Assembly: GCA_015233115.1 (NCBI GenBank)
Contig: JADFYJ010000006.1
Coordinates: 595-64,594 of the forward strand
DNA length: 64,000 bases
Source of the DNA: Candidatus Omnitrophota bacterium
Lineage (GTDB): Bacteria > Omnitrophota > Gorgyraeia > Zapsychrales > Zapsychraceae
Direction: 5' to 3'
The notes beneath the pieces are model-generated. The model made no database searches and was not told the DNA's origin. It saw only the letters and a program-made list of their open reading frames with translations. Both the position numbers and the translations under genes were made by a program. Positions 34,624-48,455 of this stretch are shown in pieces. Position 1 is the stretch's first letter. Every line of letters starts with the position of its first letter.

Positions 34624-35028
34624 ATGTCAGAAGTAAAGGATCTTTCTCCGAAATTAGCAGAACTTGTTAAATCTATAGAAGGTTTAACGGCTCTTGAGCT
34701 TTCCGATCTCGTGAAGGCTTTAGAAGACAAATTTGGTATTAAGGCCGCGGCACCGATGCCTGCAGGTTTCATGATGGGCGCAGGTCCGGCCGCAGCAGCA
34801 CCCGTAGCTGAAGAAAAAACGGAATTCAATGTGGTATTAGTTGAAGGCGGCGCCAACAAAATCGCTGTCATTAAAGAAGTCCGTACCATCACCAGTTTAG
34901 GCCTCAAGGAAGCCAAAGATTTAGTTGAAGGCGCTCCGAAGGTTGTAAAAGAATCTGTCGCTAAAGCTGAAGCTGAAGAAATCAAAAAGAAACTTGAAGC
35001 TGCCGGCGCCAAAGTCGAATTAAAGTAA
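34624..35028 (+). CDS. rplL: 50S ribosomal protein L7/L12
   Basis: [28 protein letters not shown]; GGAGG RBS before ATG 34624. Confidence 0.97.
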   Translation: MSEVKDLSPKLAELVKSIEGLTALELSDLVKALEDKFGIKAAAPMPAGFMMGAGPAAAAPVAEEKTEFNVVLVEGGANKIAVIKEVRTITSLGLKEAKDLVEGAPKVVKESVAKAEAEEIKKKLEAAGAKVELK

Positions 35029-35030
35029 AT

Positions 35031-35130
35031 TTGATGGTTGTTGGTTGATGGTTGTTAGTTTTGGTTAAAGCATTGGAGTTGTTTAAAATAAGCGCTTTTT
35101 CCAAAAACTATAAACTTCCAACTAAAACCC
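35031..35130. repeat. Degenerate intergenic element with inverted 7-mer arms (TGGTTGW family)
   Basis: TGGTTGT TGGTTGA TGGTTGT at 35035-35055; AAAACTA TAAACTT CCAACTA at 35104-35124. Confidence 0.7.
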
Positions 35131-35198
35131 CCGATATTATGTTTCAGGTGATGTTAATTTAATCAAACCAATACCGAACGGTTAAGATCGCCATATAT

Positions 35199-38100
35199 AT
35201 GAAAAATTTCAAAATACGCGACTTTAGTAAGCATAAAGACACGTTTGAGCTCCCGTCTTTACTGGATATTCAAACTGTATCATATGCGCATTTTTTGCAA
35301 AGGGAAATAGACCCTGACAAGCGCAAAGATCATGGCTTAGAAGAAGTCTTTCGTGAAGTTTTTCCTTTAGAGAGTTATGACGGGCAAATACGCTTGGAAT
35401 ATTTAAACTACTCTTTAGGACGGGAAAAATATAATGCTACAGAATGCAAAAGCCGCGGGTTGAATTACGCCGCACCTTTGAAGGTAAAGCTGCGTTTGAT
35501 TACGCCGGTGGATATCAAAGAGCAGGAAGTTTACTTCGGTGACTTTCCCTTAATGACGGATACCGGAACGTTTATCATTAATGGTGATGAACGGGTGGTG
35601 GTTTCCCAGATTCAGCGCCCGCCTGGTGCTTCTTTTGAAGAAGAATTGCATCCGACTGGAAAAAGTATTTACCATGGCAGGATCATTCCGTCTCGCGGAG
35701 CTTGGTTCGAGGTTAAGTATGATTTGAACAACATACTGTTAGCTTATATTGACCGCCGTCGTAATTTTCCGGCAACGCAGATTTTGCGTATTATGGGTCT
35801 TTCGACCGAAGAAGAAGTACGTAAGATGTTCGGAGATGATTTTGATAAACTCGCACCGACTTTTGAAAAGGATCACACTAAATCAAAAGACGAAGCGTTA
35901 TTAGATTTTTACCGTAAAATGCGTCCTACTGAGCCGGCAACGGTGGAAGTGGCAGAATCATTATTTTATCGTTTATTCTATGATCCGAAACGTTATGATT
36001 TGAGCAAAGTCGGTCGCCATATCATCAACCGTAAACTCGGCATGGATGTATTACTCGAAAATCGTGTTTTAGACATTGCCACCCTCGTCGAAGTTATGCG
36101 CTATTTAATGCGTTTGCGCGAAGGGGTCGGCGAGACAGATGATATCGACCATTTAGGCAACCGCCGTATTAAAACTGTCGGTGAATTAGTGCAAAATCAG
36201 GTGCGTATCGGTTTGGCTCGTCTGGAACGTTCCATTAAAGAACGTCTGGTGGTCATGACCAGTTTTGAAAATTTAACCGCACACCATTTGATTAACTCCC
36301 GTTTATTTTCAAACCAGATTCAAGATTTTTTCTCTCGTAGTCAATTATCTCAATTTATGGATCAGGTTAACCCGTTATCCGAAATGACGCACAAACGCCG
36401 TTTGAGCGCTTTAGGGCCGGGTGGTCTTTCCCGTGAACGCGCAGGGTTTGAAGTACGCGACGTCCATCCAACTCATTATGGCCGGGTTTGTCCGATTGAG
36501 ACGCCTGAAGGTCCAAATATTGGTTTAATTTCATCGCTGACAAATTGCGCCCGTGTAAATGAACTGGGATTTATTGAGACGCCTTACCGCAAGGTTGAAG
36601 ACGGTAAGGTGACAAATAAAACATCGTATTTCACCGCTGATAAAGATCAGGGCGAATATATTGCTCCGGCGAGTACACCGCTGGAAGAAGACGGAACATT
36701 TAAAGATAAAATTATTACTTGCCGTTATAAAACTGATTTTCCTAAAATAGCGCCTAAAGATGTGGCTTTGATGGATGTTTCTCCTTATCAGGTCGTATCT
36801 GTGGCTACGTCCATGATCCCGTTTTTGGAACATGACGACGCAAACCGCGCGTTAATGGGCTCTAACATGCAGCGCCAGGCTGTCCCTTTACTTCAACCGC
36901 AGGTGCCGTTGGTTGGTACCGGCATTGAAGCGAAAGTGGCGAAAGATTCCGGCGTAGTTGTGGTTGCCAAAGAAGCTGGTATCGTCACGAAAGTGGATGC
37001 CAAAGAAATTGTTATTAATGAAACGGTATACCCGCTCATTTCTTTCCAGAGAACCAACGCCAATACCTGTATTAATCAGCGCTCCTTGGTCAATGTGGGT
37101 GATAAAGTTAAAGAAGGACAAGTTATTGCCGACGGTGTTTCGACCAAAGACGGAAAATTGGCTTTAGGCCGCAACGTTTTGGTCGCGTTCATGCCCTGGC
37201 GTGGATATAACTTCGAAGATGCGATTTTATTAAATGAAAAATTAGTCAAGGAAGACGCGTTTACTTCAATCCATATTGAACGTTTTGAAGTCGAATGCCG
37301 GGAAACCCGTTTGGGGAATGAAGAAATTACCCGCGATATTTCCAATGTCGGCGAAGAAGCTTTAGCAAATTTGGATGAGACAGGTATTGTCCGCATCGGT
37401 GCTGAAGTGAAGCCGGGAAGTATTCTGGTTGGAAAAGTTACGCCGAAAAGCGAAAAAGAACTTTCTCCAGAAGAGCGTTTAATTCGCGCGATTTTCGGTG
37501 AAAAAGCTGATGATGTCCGTGATACATCACTCACCCTGCCGCCTGGTGTGGAAGGTGTGATTGTTAATATTGAAGTGTTCCAGCGCAATGAACGCGGCCG
37601 TAAATCCAAAGACGACAAAAAACGCGATGGAGAAGCGGTTGAAAAAGTCAAAGCGTATTATGTGCAGGAACGTTTATTTATTGAAGACGAAAAAAATAGA
37701 AAATTATGCGAGATGTTAGGAATTGACGCGAAAAAGCTGGCAAAGATGGATTTGCGCAAGACCGATCATCCCGAAGTGAATGAATTGCTGGAATTTTACC
37801 AGGATAAAATGCAGGAATTGGAACGCGAAGAAGAGCAGGAAGTGGAACGCGTCCGTAAAGGCGATGAACTTCCTTCCGGCGTTTTGAAAAAAGTTGTAGT
37901 GCATGTGGCGACCAAACGGAAGATCTCCGAAGGGGATAAGATGGCCGGACGCCATGGTAACAAAGGTATTGTGTCTCGTATCCTTCCGAGTGAAGATATG
38001 CCGTTTTTAGCAGATGGGACAGCGGTCGATGTCGTGTTAAATCCGCTAGGTGTTCCTTCTCGTATGAACGTGGGACAGCTTTTGGAAACCCATTTAGGGT

Positions 38101-38687
38101 GGGCGGCTCAAACTTTAGGTTTTTACGCTGTGACTCCGGTATTTAACGGAGCAACCGAAGCGGAAATTCATGAATGTTTGAAAGAGGCTGGTTTGCCGGA
38201 AAATGGTAAAACGAAATTATACGACGGTCATACAGGTATTCCGTTTGATCAAGAGGTGACTGTTGGATATTTGTATATGTTGAAATTGAATCATTTAGTC
38301 GACGAAAAGATCCACGCCCGTTCTATTGGGCCGTATTCTTTAGTTACTCAACAGCCTTTAGGCGGTAAAGCGCATTTTGGCGGTCAGCGTTTCGGGGAAA
38401 TGGAAGTTTGGGCCCTGGAAGCTTACGGCGCTGCCTATACGTTACAAGAAATGTTGACAGTTAAGAGCGACGATGTCATTGGCCGGAGCAAAATGTATGA
38501 AGCAATTGTTAAAGGCCAGCAAAAATTGGCCACAGGAACGCCAGAGTCTTTCAATGTTTTGGTTAAGGAACTTCAAGGATTATGTCTCGATATCAAATTG
38601 ATATGTCCGAATGAAGTTAAAGAGCAGGAAGCAGCGGAAAGCGCTGAAAAATCCAAAGAAACCAAAGAAAAAGATAAAAAGAAATAA
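35199..38687 (+). CDS. rpoB: RNA polymerase beta subunit
   Basis: [48 protein letters not shown]. Confidence 0.99.
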   Translation: MKNFKIRDFSKHKDTFELPSLLDIQTVSYAHFLQREIDPDKRKDHGLEEVFREVFPLESYDGQIRLEYLNYSLGREKYNATECKSRGLNYAAPLKVKLRLITPVDIKEQEVYFGDFPLMTDTGTFIINGDERVVVSQIQRPPGASFEEELHPTGKSIYHGRIIPSRGAWFEVKYDLNNILLAYIDRRRNFPATQILRIMGLSTEEEVRKMFGDDFDKLAPTFEKDHTKSKDEALLDFYRKMRPTEPATVEVAESLFYRLFYDPKRYDLSKVGRHIINRKLGMDVLLENRVLDIATLVEVMRYLMRLREGVGETDDIDHLGNRRIKTVGELVQNQVRIGLARLERSIKERLVVMTSFENLTAHHLINSRLFSNQIQDFFSRSQLSQFMDQVNPLSEMTHKRRLSALGPGGLSRERAGFEVRDVHPTHYGRVCPIETPEGPNIGLISSLTNCARVNELGFIETPYRKVEDGKVTNKTSYFTADKDQGEYIAPASTPLEEDGTFKDKIITCRYKTDFPKIAPKDVALMDVSPYQVVSVATSMIPFLEHDDANRALMGSNMQRQAVPLLQPQVPLVGTGIEAKVAKDSGVVVVAKEAGIVTKVDAKEIVINETVYPLISFQRTNANTCINQRSLVNVGDKVKEGQVIADGVSTKDGKLALGRNVLVAFMPWRGYNFEDAILLNEKLVKEDAFTSIHIERFEVECRETRLGNEEITRDISNVGEEALANLDETGIVRIGAEVKPGSILVGKVTPKSEKELSPEERLIRAIFGEKADDVRDTSLTLPPGVEGVIVNIEVFQRNERGRKSKDDKKRDGEAVEKVKAYYVQERLFIEDEKNRKLCEMLGIDAKKLAKMDLRKTDHPEVNELLEFYQDKMQELEREEEQEVERVRKGDELPSGVLKKVVVHVATKRKISEGDKMAGRHGNKGIVSRILPSEDMPFLADGTAVDVVLNPLGVPSRMNVGQLLETHLGWAAQTLGFYAVTPVFNGATEAEIHECLKEAGLPENGKTKLYDGHTGIPFDQEVTVGYLYMLKLNHLVDEKIHARSIGPYSLVTQQPLGGKAHFGGQRFGEMEVWALEAYGAAYTLQEMLTVKSDDVIGRSKMYEAIVKGQQKLATGTPESFNVLVKELQGLCLDIKLICPNEVKEQEAAESAEKSKETKEKDKKK

Positions 38688-38689
38688 AT

Positions 38690-41600
38690 ATGGCAAAGAA
38701 AAAGACTGATATTTTAGCCGAAGATCGTATTGAAATTCAGATCGCCTCACCGGAAGTCATTCGCGCATGGTCGTGCGGAGAAGTGAGAAAAGCGGAGACA
38801 TTAAATTACCGCACTTTGAAACCGGAGAAGGATGGACTTTTTTGCGAGAAGATCTTTGGACCTGTCCGTGATTGGGAATGTAATTGCGGCAAATATAAAG
38901 GCATTAAATTCAAGGGGATCACCTGTGACCGTTGCGGTGTTTTAGTAACCCGTTCCGCTGTCCGCCGTGAAAGAATGGGACATATTGAGTTAGCGTGTCC
39001 TGTGACCCATATTTGGTTTTATAAAGCGGTGCCCTCACGTTTGGCCGCGTTATTGCAGATTTCTTTGCGCGACCTGGAAAAATTGATCTATTATGAAGAA
39101 TATGTGGTCATTGATCCGGGCAATACGCCATTAAAAGCGAAACAATTTTTGTCGGAAGATGAATATCAGGATGCCCTCGTCAAATACGGCGGAGGTTTTA
39201 AATCTGAAATTGGCGCGCAAGCTGTTAAATATCTATTGAAAGAGATGGATATGGATCTTTTATGTAAAAAATTGCGTAAAGATTTAGAGAATTCTAATCC
39301 TACCGGCGCGAATGCTAAAAAAATATCTAAGACTCTTAAGATTATTGAAGAGTTTAAAAGTTCCGGGAATCAGGCCGAGTGGATGGTTTTGGGTATGCTT
39401 CCGGTTATTCCTCCGGATTTGCGTCCTTTAGTTCCTCTAGAGGGTGGACGTTTTGCGACATCTGATCTTAATGATCTTTATCGCCGGGTTATCAACCGCA
39501 ACAACCGTTTAAAGAAATTGATGGACCTCAAAGCTCCGGAAATTATTTGCCGCAATGAAAAACGTATGCTGCAGGAAGCGGTTGACGCTTTGTTGGATAA
39601 TGGCCGTCATGGCCGTCCGGTTTTAGGTTCTGGAAACCGTCCTTTGAAATCCTTGTCAGATATGTTAAAAGGAAAACAAGGTCGTTTCCGTATGAATTTG
39701 TTAGGTAAACGTGTAGATTACTCCGGCCGTTCAGTTATCGTAGTCGGTCCTGAATTAAAATTGCATCAATGCGGTTTGCCGAAAAAGATGGCTTTGGAAT
39801 TATTTGAGCCGTTTATTATTCGTAAATTGCGCGAAAAAGGTTACGTTCACACCAACAAAGGCGCCAAACGTATGGTGGAACGCGCTAAGGTCGAAGTTTG
39901 GGATATGCTCGACGAAGTATTAAAAGACCATCCGATCATGCTCAATCGCGCGCCTACACTTCACCGTTTGAGTATTCAAGCGTTTTATCCGGTTTTGGTT
40001 GAAGGGAAAGCCATTAAATTACACCCCTTGGTTTGCGCGGCTTTTAACGCGGATTTTGACGGTGACCAAATGGCTGTGCATATTCCGCTTTCTTTAGAAG
40101 CCCAAATTGAGTGCCGGTTACAATTGCTTTCTATCAATAACCTGTTCTCACCGGCAGATGGCCGCCCGGTCATTTCTCCGTCACAGGATGTGGTTCTTGG
40201 TTTATATTATTTATCAAAAGAGTATGATGAGTCAACCGAAGATGACGGTCGTCTTTATTCGGATATGAAAGAAGTTTTAGTCGCTTATACCGACGGATAT
40301 TTAGGTCTGCAAAAACGCATTAAATTACGTTTAGACCGTCCGGTTTGGGGTGAAGAAAAGCCCTCCATGATTATCAGTCAAGAGCAGGCCATTCAACAGG
40401 CCGGCGGCGAAAAAGCTAATGTGGATGAGCATACAAAAGCGCATATAATTGAAACCACAGTTGGCCGGGTTATCTTTAATCAAATTTTGGATAAAGAGTA
40501 CGGTTACGTGAATGAGCTTCTCGATAAAAAGAAAATCGGGGCGGTCATTGCGGATTGCTATAAACGTTTTGGTCAGCGCAGGACTGTTAAATTCCTCGAT
40601 GATCTAAAAGATATGGGTTTCAAACAGGCGACGTTGGCAGGAATTTCTATTGGTATCGCTGACTTAACCGTTCCGGTTGAGAAGGGTGAGATCATTAAAA
40701 AATCTACCGCTGAAGTAGCCAAGGTTGATGAGCAATATCGTCGCGGTATTATTACTGGCCGTGAACGATATAACAAAGTTATTGATATTTGGACCCACAC
40801 GACAGAATCTATTTCAGATCATTTGTTTAAACAAATGCATCCGATGAATCCGGTGTTTATTATGGCGGATTCAGGCGCTCGTGGTTCTCGCTTACAGGTT
40901 CGTCAGTTGTCTGGGATGCGCGGTTTGATGGCTAAACCGTCTGGTGAAATTATTGAGAACCCAATCACGGCTAGTTTCCGTGAAGGTCTTTCGGTTTTGG
41001 AATATTTTATCTCGACCCATGGTGCCCGTAAAGGTTTGGCTGATACGGCCCTTAAAACGGCAGACGCTGGTTATCTAACCCGCCGTCTGGTGGACGTGGC
41101 TCAAGAAATTGTCATTAATGAAGCAGACTGCGGCACCTTAAATGGTATCACGGTTTCTGCTATCGTTGAAGGCGATGAAATGGTGGTCAGTCTGAGGGAG
41201 CGTATTATTGGGCGCGTCGCTCTGGATACCATTGTGGATATCGTAACTGATCAAAAAGTTGTTGAAGCCGGCGAAATTATTACTGAAGAAAAAGCAGAAT
41301 TTATCGAACATTTGGGTATTGAAAAAGTCCGTATCCGCAGCGTTTTGACCTGCGAGTCAGAACACGGTGTGTGCGCGCGCTGTTACGGCCGTAACTTGTC
41401 GACTCAGCGTCTGGTTGAAATAGGTGAAGCGGTCGGTATCGTAGCCGCCCAGAGTATCGGTGAGCCTGGTACACAGTTAACCATGCGTACGTTCCACATC
41501 GGTGGTACAGCGAGCCGTTCAATCGAACAATCATTCTATAAAGCAAAAAATGAAGGTATCGTCCGTTATCATCAATTGCGCGTAGTTGCTAAAGGTAATG

Positions 41601-42820
41601 AATTTATTGTCTTGAACCGCAACGGAGCGCTGAGTATTAATAATGAATTCGGACGTGAATTTGAACGTTATCCGCTTCCGCAAGGCGCAGTTATTAAATT
41701 TGCCGACGGGACGGAAATTAAAAAAGATACAGTGTTCGTCACTTGGGATCCTTATACTGTTCCGATTATTACGGAAATGAAAGGTAAGGTTAATTCCGAG
41801 GATATTATTCCGGATGTGACGGTTCAGGAAGAACAGAATCAGATTACCGGAGTTGTGGAACGCGTGGTCGTGGAACATAAACAGGAATACCATCCGCAGA
41901 TTATTATTACGGATGAACATGATGAGATCGTCGGAATTTACTCAATTCCTATCGGCGCTCACATTATGGTTCAGGATAAGCAGACTGTCAGCGCCGGTGA
42001 GTTGATCGCGAAGATCCCCCGCGTGGCAGGTAAGACGAGAGATATTACCGGAGGTCTTCCGCGTGTGGCCGAATTGTTTGAGGCGCGCAAACCTAAAGAT
42101 CCGGCTGTTATTAGCGAGATCGACGGTATTGTGGAATTCGGCGAAGATAAGCGTGGTCGACGGACAATTATTGTTAAATCGTCGACAGGTATGTCATCCG
42201 AATACACCATTCCGCACGGTAAGCATCCTAACGTTTATAAAAATGATAAGGTCTTTGCCGGCCAGCAGTTGACCGACGGACCAGTCGTGCCGCACGATAT
42301 TTTAAGGGTCTGCGGGGATAAAGTTTTACAGGAATATCTCCTCAATGAAATTCAGGAAGTTTATCGTTTGCAGGGTGTGCGCATCAATGATAAACATATT
42401 GAGTTAATTATTTCACAGATGTTGAAAAAAGTTAAGATCGAAGATTCTGGCGATACGCCATTCCTCGTCGGTGAAATGGTTAATCGTGTGACATTTAAAA
42501 AAGTCACCGAGGACGTTATTAAGAAAAAAGGGAAACCAGCACAAGCAACGCCTCAGCTATTGGGGATTACCAAGGTGTCTTTGACGACGGAGAGTTTTAT
42601 TTCCGCGGCCAGCTTCCAAGAAACAACAAGAGTCTTGACAGAAGCGGCATCGTCTGGTAAAATTGACGTTCTTCGTGGGTTGAAAGAAAACGTCATTGTA
42701 GGACATTTAATCCCTGCGGGTACTGGTTTAAATATTTATAAAGAAGTAGAAATGGTGAAATATGCCGACGATACAACAGTTGATCAGAAAGAGCAGAATT
42801 CAGAAACGACCGAAGAGTAA
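38690..42820 (+). CDS. rpoC: RNA polymerase beta' subunit
   Basis: [12 protein letters not shown], zinc-finger motifs, [13 protein letters not shown]. Confidence 0.99.
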   Translation: MAKKKTDILAEDRIEIQIASPEVIRAWSCGEVRKAETLNYRTLKPEKDGLFCEKIFGPVRDWECNCGKYKGIKFKGITCDRCGVLVTRSAVRRERMGHIELACPVTHIWFYKAVPSRLAALLQISLRDLEKLIYYEEYVVIDPGNTPLKAKQFLSEDEYQDALVKYGGGFKSEIGAQAVKYLLKEMDMDLLCKKLRKDLENSNPTGANAKKISKTLKIIEEFKSSGNQAEWMVLGMLPVIPPDLRPLVPLEGGRFATSDLNDLYRRVINRNNRLKKLMDLKAPEIICRNEKRMLQEAVDALLDNGRHGRPVLGSGNRPLKSLSDMLKGKQGRFRMNLLGKRVDYSGRSVIVVGPELKLHQCGLPKKMALELFEPFIIRKLREKGYVHTNKGAKRMVERAKVEVWDMLDEVLKDHPIMLNRAPTLHRLSIQAFYPVLVEGKAIKLHPLVCAAFNADFDGDQMAVHIPLSLEAQIECRLQLLSINNLFSPADGRPVISPSQDVVLGLYYLSKEYDESTEDDGRLYSDMKEVLVAYTDGYLGLQKRIKLRLDRPVWGEEKPSMIISQEQAIQQAGGEKANVDEHTKAHIIETTVGRVIFNQILDKEYGYVNELLDKKKIGAVIADCYKRFGQRRTVKFLDDLKDMGFKQATLAGISIGIADLTVPVEKGEIIKKSTAEVAKVDEQYRRGIITGRERYNKVIDIWTHTTESISDHLFKQMHPMNPVFIMADSGARGSRLQVRQLSGMRGLMAKPSGEIIENPITASFREGLSVLEYFISTHGARKGLADTALKTADAGYLTRRLVDVAQEIVINEADCGTLNGITVSAIVEGDEMVVSLRERIIGRVALDTIVDIVTDQKVVEAGEIITEEKAEFIEHLGIEKVRIRSVLTCESEHGVCARCYGRNLSTQRLVEIGEAVGIVAAQSIGEPGTQLTMRTFHIGGTASRSIEQSFYKAKNEGIVRYHQLRVVAKGNEFIVLNRNGALSINNEFGREFERYPLPQGAVIKFADGTEIKKDTVFVTWDPYTVPIITEMKGKVNSEDIIPDVTVQEEQNQITGVVERVVVEHKQEYHPQIIITDEHDEIVGIYSIPIGAHIMVQDKQTVSAGELIAKIPRVAGKTRDITGGLPRVAELFEARKPKDPAVISEIDGIVEFGEDKRGRRTIIVKSSTGMSSEYTIPHGKHPNVYKNDKVFAGQQLTDGPVVPHDILRVCGDKVLQEYLLNEIQEVYRLQGVRINDKHIELIISQMLKKVKIEDSGDTPFLVGEMVNRVTFKKVTEDVIKKKGKPAQATPQLLGITKVSLTTESFISAASFQETTRVLTEAASSGKIDVLRGLKENVIVGHLIPAGTGLNIYKEVEMVKYADDTTVDQKEQNSETTEE

Positions 42821-43139
42821 ATCTCCGGCCCTGACTTCCTGTCCGTTTAGACGTGGAGTGTGTTTACAAGTTAAAACCATGACTCCCAAAAAACCAAACT
42901 CTGCCTTGCGCAAAATTGCCAGGGTGAGATTATCTAACAAATATGAAGTGACTTCGTATATCCCTGGCGAAGGCCATAATTTGCAAGAGCACTCGATCGT
43001 GTTAGTCCGCGGTGGACGTGTCAAAGATTTGCCGGGTGTCCGTTATCACATCGTTAGGGGTTCGTTGGATGCTGCTGGCGTAGCCAAGCGCAAGAAATCC
43101 CGTTCCAAGTATGGAGCTAAAAGCGAAAAGAATAAGTAA
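42762..43139 (+). CDS. rpsL: 30S ribosomal protein S12
   Basis: [25 protein letters not shown]. Confidence 0.98.
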   Translation: MPTIQQLIRKSRIQKRPKSKSPALTSCPFRRGVCLQVKTMTPKKPNSALRKIARVRLSNKYEVTSYIPGEGHNLQEHSIVLVRGGRVKDLPGVRYHIVRGSLDAAGVAKRKKSRSKYGAKSEKNK

Positions 43140-43141
43140 AT

Positions 43142-43615
43142 ATGAGAAGACGTAGTGCTGAAAAAAGAGAACCGTTATCAGATCCCAAATATAACAGCCG
43201 TTTATTGTCCAAGTTTATCAATACCGTAATGGATTCTGGTAAAAAGACAGTGGCGGAGTCAATCGTGTATGGCGCTTTAGAGATCTTAGAGCATAAAATC
43301 CAGGATGGTGGAAATGGATTAAAGATCTTCTCAAAGGCTATCGAAAACGTACGTCCGAGAGTTGAAGTTAAAGGACGCCGCGTCGGTGGGTCAACCTACC
43401 AAGTCCCTATCGAGGTAACGGTTCCGCGTGGGAATGCTTTAGCGATGCGTTGGTTGCGTGACTATGCTCGCAAAAAGAAGGGTCGTCCCATGCAACATAA
43501 ATTAGCAGATGAATTATTGGCTGCCTATAAAGGTGAAGGCTCCGCGATCAAAAAACGCGACGAGGTTCACAAAATGGCGGAATCAAATAAAGCATTTGCA
43601 CATTTACGTTGGTAA
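43142..43615 (+). CDS. rpsG: 30S ribosomal protein S7
   Basis: [23 protein letters not shown]. Confidence 0.98.
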   Translation: MRRRSAEKREPLSDPKYNSRLLSKFINTVMDSGKKTVAESIVYGALEILEHKIQDGGNGLKIFSKAIENVRPRVEVKGRRVGGSTYQVPIEVTVPRGNALAMRWLRDYARKKKGRPMQHKLADELLAAYKGEGSAIKKRDEVHKMAESNKAFAHLRW

Positions 43616-43626
43616 TGGTATACTTT

Positions 43627-43662
43627 TCCCCAACTTAGTCGGATTGCGTTGGGGATTTTTTT
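43627..43662 (+). terminator. Putative intrinsic terminator between rpsG and fusA
   Basis: TCCCCAAC...GTTGGGGA followed by T7. Confidence 0.6.
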
Positions 43663-43778
43663 AGTATTGTGGTTTAACTACAGTTATTTTAAAAAAATAT
43701 ATAATCAAAATTTTGAACGTCAATCTTTGATCTGATGTTTAAAAATTAAATTGATTTAGAAAAGTAAGAGTAATTATT

Positions 43779-45872
43779 ATGGCTAAGACACCACTTATAG
43801 ATTATCGTAACATTGGGATCATTGCCCATATCGACGCGGGTAAAACCACGACGACTGAGCGTATTTTGTATTACACCGGCGTTATCCATAAAATGGGTAA
43901 TATCGATGATGGTAATACCGCTATGGATTGGATGGAGCAGGAACAAGAGCGCGGGATCACGATTACCTCGGCGAGTACCGTTTGTTTTTGGAAAGGCAAG
44001 CAGATCAATCTGATCGATACTCCCGGACACGTTGATTTTACGATGGAAGTCGAGCGTTCATTAAAAGTTTTGGACGGAGCGGTTGTGGTTTTGTGCGGAA
44101 CCAGCGGTGTTCAACCTCAAACCGAAACTGTCTGGCGTCAAGCTGACCGCTATAGTGTTCCCCGTATTTTATTCGTTAATAAATTAGACCGTTTAGGTGC
44201 GAATTTTGAGCGCGTTATTGATGAGAGTCACGAACGCTTAGGCGCAAATTCTGCCGCGATTCAGCTTCCGGATGGCCACGAAGACCAATTTCATGGCATT
44301 ATTGATATTATTGAAGAAAAATATTACGTATATAAAGATGATGCGGGCGAAGACATTGATACTTTACCTGTTCCGGAAAAATTTAAAGCTAAAGTCGCTG
44401 AGATGAGGCACAAATTGCTGGAACGTTTGTCAGACGCTGATGATATGATTATGGAGAGATTTTTAGAAGAAAAACCGGTAACGGTTGAAGAAATCAAGAG
44501 TGCTATCCGCCGCGGTGTTATTGCTTGTACGTTTGTCCCAGTTCTTTGCGGTACCGCATTGCGCAATAAAGGAGTTCAATTTGTTTTAGATGCTGTGACT
44601 GAATATTTACCTTCTCCGTTAGATATTCCTCCGGTTAAAGGAATTAATCCTTCTTCTAAAGAAGAAGAACTTCGTGCTCCAGATCCTGCCGCTCCTTTTT
44701 CAGGATTAGTTTTCAAAATTGCCACAGATCCTTACGTTGGTAAATTATTTTATACTCGTATTTATTCCGGAACAGTTAATTCTGGAGATTCAGTTTGGAA
44801 CGCGTCTGAGGGATGTAAAGAACGTATTTCTAAAATGGTTTTGATGCACGCCAACCGTCAGGAAATTGTTCCTTCTGTATCAGCCGGAGATATTATCGCT
44901 TTGGTAGGTTTAAAAGATAGCAAAACCGGAACCTCTTTGTGCGATCAAACTAAGAAAATTTTACTTGAGAATATGCGTATTCCTGAACCGGTTGTTTCCA
45001 TGTCGATTGAGCCAAAAACTAAAGCTGACTCAGACCGCATGGGTATGGTATTAAAGAAATTTCTCGATGAAGATCCTTCCTTACGTTGCACCTATAATCA
45101 TGAAACCGCTCAAAGTATTATTTCTGGTATGGGCGAGCTTCATTTGGAAATTATCATTGATCGTATGAAACGCGAATTTAATTTGGAGACGAGTGTAGGC
45201 CGTCCTGAAGTTGCTTATAAAGAGACTGTCCAGCGTAAAGTAACGGGTGTAGTGGGTAAACACATTGCCCAATCTGGCGGACGCGGTCAATATGGTCACT
45301 GTGTTATTGATATTGAACCTCAGGAAGTCAGAGGAACTGGTTATCAATTCGTTGATATGATTAAAGGTGGCGCGATTCCTCGTGAATTTATTAAATGCGT
45401 TGATGAAGGTTTACGCATGGGTTTGACTAGCGGTATTTTAGCCGGATACCCGGTTGTGGATATAAAAGTTACTCTTGTGGATGGTTCTTATCACGATGTT
45501 GACTCTAATGAGCTGGCTTTTCAGTTAGCCGCCAAAAACGCACTTAAAGATGCTTTAGCAAAAGCTGGTTCTATTTTCCTTGAGCCGATTATGGATATCG
45601 AAGTGGTAGCTCCGGAAGAATACATGAGCTCCGCGATCGGCGACTTGAATCAGCGCCGTGCTAAAATTTTAAGTTTAGGTCAACGCGGCCATTTGAAAGT
45701 GACCCGATGCGAGGTTCCTCTTTCAGAGATGTTTAATTACGTGAATGCATTACGTTCGTTATCACAAGGACGCGCGACATATACGATGGAACCAAAGTTT
45801 TACGATGTTGTTCCAAAATTCATAGCTGATAAAATTATCGGCGAAAGAACAGCGTCTGGACATAAAAGATAG
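43779..45872 (+). CDS. fusA: Elongation factor G
   Basis: [30 protein letters not shown]. Confidence 0.98.
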   Translation: MAKTPLIDYRNIGIIAHIDAGKTTTTERILYYTGVIHKMGNIDDGNTAMDWMEQEQERGITITSASTVCFWKGKQINLIDTPGHVDFTMEVERSLKVLDGAVVVLCGTSGVQPQTETVWRQADRYSVPRILFVNKLDRLGANFERVIDESHERLGANSAAIQLPDGHEDQFHGIIDIIEEKYYVYKDDAGEDIDTLPVPEKFKAKVAEMRHKLLERLSDADDMIMERFLEEKPVTVEEIKSAIRRGVIACTFVPVLCGTALRNKGVQFVLDAVTEYLPSPLDIPPVKGINPSSKEEELRAPDPAAPFSGLVFKIATDPYVGKLFYTRIYSGTVNSGDSVWNASEGCKERISKMVLMHANRQEIVPSVSAGDIIALVGLKDSKTGTSLCDQTKKILLENMRIPEPVVSMSIEPKTKADSDRMGMVLKKFLDEDPSLRCTYNHETAQSIISGMGELHLEIIIDRMKREFNLETSVGRPEVAYKETVQRKVTGVVGKHIAQSGGRGQYGHCVIDIEPQEVRGTGYQFVDMIKGGAIPREFIKCVDEGLRMGLTSGILAGYPVVDIKVTLVDGSYHDVDSNELAFQLAAKNALKDALAKAGSIFLEPIMDIEVVAPEEYMSSAIGDLNQRRAKILSLGQRGHLKVTRCEVPLSEMFNYVNALRSLSQGRATYTMEPKFYDVVPKFIADKIIGERTASGHKR

Positions 45873-46131
45873 TGACAGAGTAACCGAGTAACCGAGTAAC
45901 CGAGAAAAAGCGGTTGGTGAAAAGCGAATGGTGAAAGCGTTGGCGTATAAAAAGTGATTAGGTTTTAAAAAATATATTATTTGATTAAAATTAAAGTTTG
46001 GTTTTTTTTGTTTATGTTTGGTAATTATTATTCGATTTGTTGTTTTGTTCTTTGGTAAAATAATTTTTTTGTTGTTAGTTATTTGTTATTTTTTTACTTT
46101 GTTACTCGGTTACATGGTTACTTTGTTACTA
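45870..46131. repeat. Intergenic element with inverted 8-mer tandem-repeat arms (GTAACMGA family)
   Basis: Left GTGACAGA plus GTAACCGA x3 at 45872-45903, overlapping the fusA stop; right TTTGTTAC TCGGTTAC ATGGTTAC TTTGTTAC at 46098-46129. Confidence 0.92.
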
Positions 46132-46163
46132 ATATTTTTTCCAAATAAAAAGGAGGCAGTCAC

Positions 46164-47357
46164 ATGGCTAAAGGTAAGTTTATACGTAATAAGCCGCACA
46201 TGAACATCGGTACGATCGGTCACGTAGACCACGGTAAAACAACTTTGTCTGCTGCGATTACTGCTGTACAGGCAAATCAAGGTAAAGCGGAATTCCGTAG
46301 TTATGATTCTATTGATAACGCTCCGGAAGAACGTGAACGTGGTGTTACGATTAATATCGCGCATTTGGAATATGAAACTGATAAACGTCACTATGCCCAC
46401 ATTGATTGTCCCGGACACGCTGACTATATCAAAAACATGATTACTGGTGCTGCTCAGATGGATGGCGCTATCCTCGTCGTTGCTGCTACCGACGGTGCTA
46501 TGCCTCAAACCAAAGAACACATTCTTTTAGCTCGTCAGGTAAACGTTCCTTCATTGGTCGTTTTCATGAATAAATGCGATCAGGTTGAAGACGCAGAATT
46601 GTTAGACCTGGTTGAAATGGAATTGCGAGAGTTGCTTTCCAAATATAACTATAACGGCGACAAAACTCCGATTATTCGCGGTAGCGCTTTAAATGCGTTA
46701 AATGCTCCTAAAGATCCAGCAGCCATTCAGCCGATTTTAGACCTTATGAAAGCGGTTGATGATTACTTTGTGGATCCAGTTCGTGAATTAGATAAGCCGT
46801 TCTTAATGGCTGTTGAAGACGTGTTCTCGATTTCCGGCCGCGGTACTGTAGCGACGGGTCGTATTGAACGCGGTAAGATTCATGTTGGAGAAGAAGTTGA
46901 AATTGTGGGTTTGAGCAAAACAGTCGGTAAAACGGTTGTTACCGGTGTGGAAATGTTCCGCAAGGAAATGGACGAAGGACAAGCTGGAGATAACGTAGGT
47001 TTACTCTTGCGCGGCGTTAGTAAAGATGATATTCAACGCGGGCAAGTTTTAGCAGCTATCGGTTCTATTACACCGCACAAGAAATTCAAGGCTAAAGCAT
47101 ACATTTTAACCAAGGAAGAAGGCGGCCGTCATACTCCGTTCTTCACTGGTTACAGACCGCAGTTTTATTTCCGTACGACAGACGTCACGGGTACGGCGAC
47201 ATTACCAGCAGGTCAAGAAATGTGTATGCCTGGCGATAACGTAGAAATGGTCGTGGAATTGCTCGAGCCGATCGCTTGCGAAAAAGAATTGCGTTTTGCT
47301 ATTCGCGAAGGCGGCAGAACAGTTGGAGCTGGTGTTATCCACGAGATTATTGAATAA
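46164..47357 (+). CDS. tuf: Elongation factor Tu
   Basis: [35 protein letters not shown]. Confidence 0.99.
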   Translation: MAKGKFIRNKPHMNIGTIGHVDHGKTTLSAAITAVQANQGKAEFRSYDSIDNAPEERERGVTINIAHLEYETDKRHYAHIDCPGHADYIKNMITGAAQMDGAILVVAATDGAMPQTKEHILLARQVNVPSLVVFMNKCDQVEDAELLDLVEMELRELLSKYNYNGDKTPIIRGSALNALNAPKDPAAIQPILDLMKAVDDYFVDPVRELDKPFLMAVEDVFSISGRGTVATGRIERGKIHVGEEVEIVGLSKTVGKTVVTGVEMFRKEMDEGQAGDNVGLLLRGVSKDDIQRGQVLAAIGSITPHKKFKAKAYILTKEEGGRHTPFFTGYRPQFYFRTTDVTGTATLPAGQEMCMPGDNVEMVVELLEPIACEKELRFAIREGGRTVGAGVIHEIIE

Positions 47358-47374
47358 GATATTGGTGAGATAAA

Positions 47375-47677
47375 ATGCAAAAAATTAGAATTAAGTTAAA
47401 GGCGTTTGATCACAGATTGATTGATCAATCTGCGCAAGAAATCGTGGATACCGCGATCCGTACTGGCGCGAAAGTGGCTGGTCCGGTTCCGTTACCTACG
47501 AAGAAAGAACTCTATACTGTGCTGAAGTCGCCGGTGATCAACAAAAAAGCACGTGAACAATTCCAGTTAGCAACTCATAAGCGACTGATTGATTTACTGG
47601 AACCGACATCAAAAACCGTTGAGGCATTAAGAAAATTGAATTTGCCTGCCGGTGTGGATGTTGAGATTAAACAATAA
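47375..47677 (+). CDS. rpsJ: 30S ribosomal protein S10
   Basis: [17 protein letters not shown]. Confidence 0.97.
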   Translation: MQKIRIKLKAFDHRLIDQSAQEIVDTAIRTGAKVAGPVPLPTKKELYTVLKSPVINKKAREQFQLATHKRLIDLLEPTSKTVEALRKLNLPAGVDVEIKQ

Positions 47678-47691
47678 GGTTGTGTGGGCCG

Positions 47692-48420
47692 ATGATAAAA
47701 GGATTATTAGGTAAGAAAATCGGGATGACTCAGATCTTTGACAGGGATGGCAATTTAGTGCCAGTCACAGCCGTCGAGGTAGGTCCTTGCACGATCTTGG
47801 AGCTTAACGATAAAGATAAAAAGGTGAAGGTAGGCTTTGAAGAAATCAAAGCCAGCCATGTGAATAAACCAGATGCTGGTTACTTCAAAAAAATAGGGGT
47901 TGCCCCGACGCGTTACAGCCGGGAAATTTCTTCGGTCGATAATAAAGATTATCAAGTAGGTCAGCAATTAAAAGCTGATGTATTCCGCGCCGGAGATTTT
48001 GTGGATGTAACTGGGATTAGTGTCGGTAAAGGTTTTCAAGGTGGTATGAAACGCTGGCATTGGGAAGGTGGTCCAGGTGGTCACGGGTCTATGCATCATA
48101 GACGAGTCGGATCGATTGGTTCAACGACTTTTCCAGGACGCACGCTCAAAGGCCATCATATGCCCGGTCATATGGGCAATGCGACCGCGACAGTTCAGAA
48201 TCTTAGGGTTATGGATGTCGATGTGGAGAGCAATACTATTTTGATCAAAGGCGGTATTCCGGGTTCAAACAATTCTTTGGTACAGATCAATAAATCATTT
48301 AAACGCTCGTTCAAGGCTTTGGATGAGGTGAAAGTGGTCATCACCAAGAAGGTCAACCCGATGAAACAGGCAAAAGCGGCCGCAGGTGCTAAGAAAGCAG
48401 CTCCCGCGAAGAAAAAATAA
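47692..48420 (+). CDS. rplC: 50S ribosomal protein L3
   Basis: GKKIGMTQIF, GKGFQG, MPGHMG; Ala/Lys-rich C-terminal tail. Confidence 0.97.
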   Translation: MIKGLLGKKIGMTQIFDRDGNLVPVTAVEVGPCTILELNDKDKKVKVGFEEIKASHVNKPDAGYFKKIGVAPTRYSREISSVDNKDYQVGQQLKADVFRAGDFVDVTGISVGKGFQGGMKRWHWEGGPGGHGSMHHRRVGSIGSTTFPGRTLKGHHMPGHMGNATATVQNLRVMDVDVESNTILIKGGIPGSNNSLVQINKSFKRSFKALDEVKVVITKKVNPMKQAKAAAGAKKAAPAKKK

Positions 48421-48455
48421 AGATTTTAAAGTCATTAAAGAAAAAAGAGGTTAGT

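Noticed and set aside
46018-46203. 61-aa hydrophobic ORF before tuf, and minus-strand ORFs at 52453-52635 and 2001-2237
   Set aside because: Translations of T-rich spacers and arms of the repeat elements
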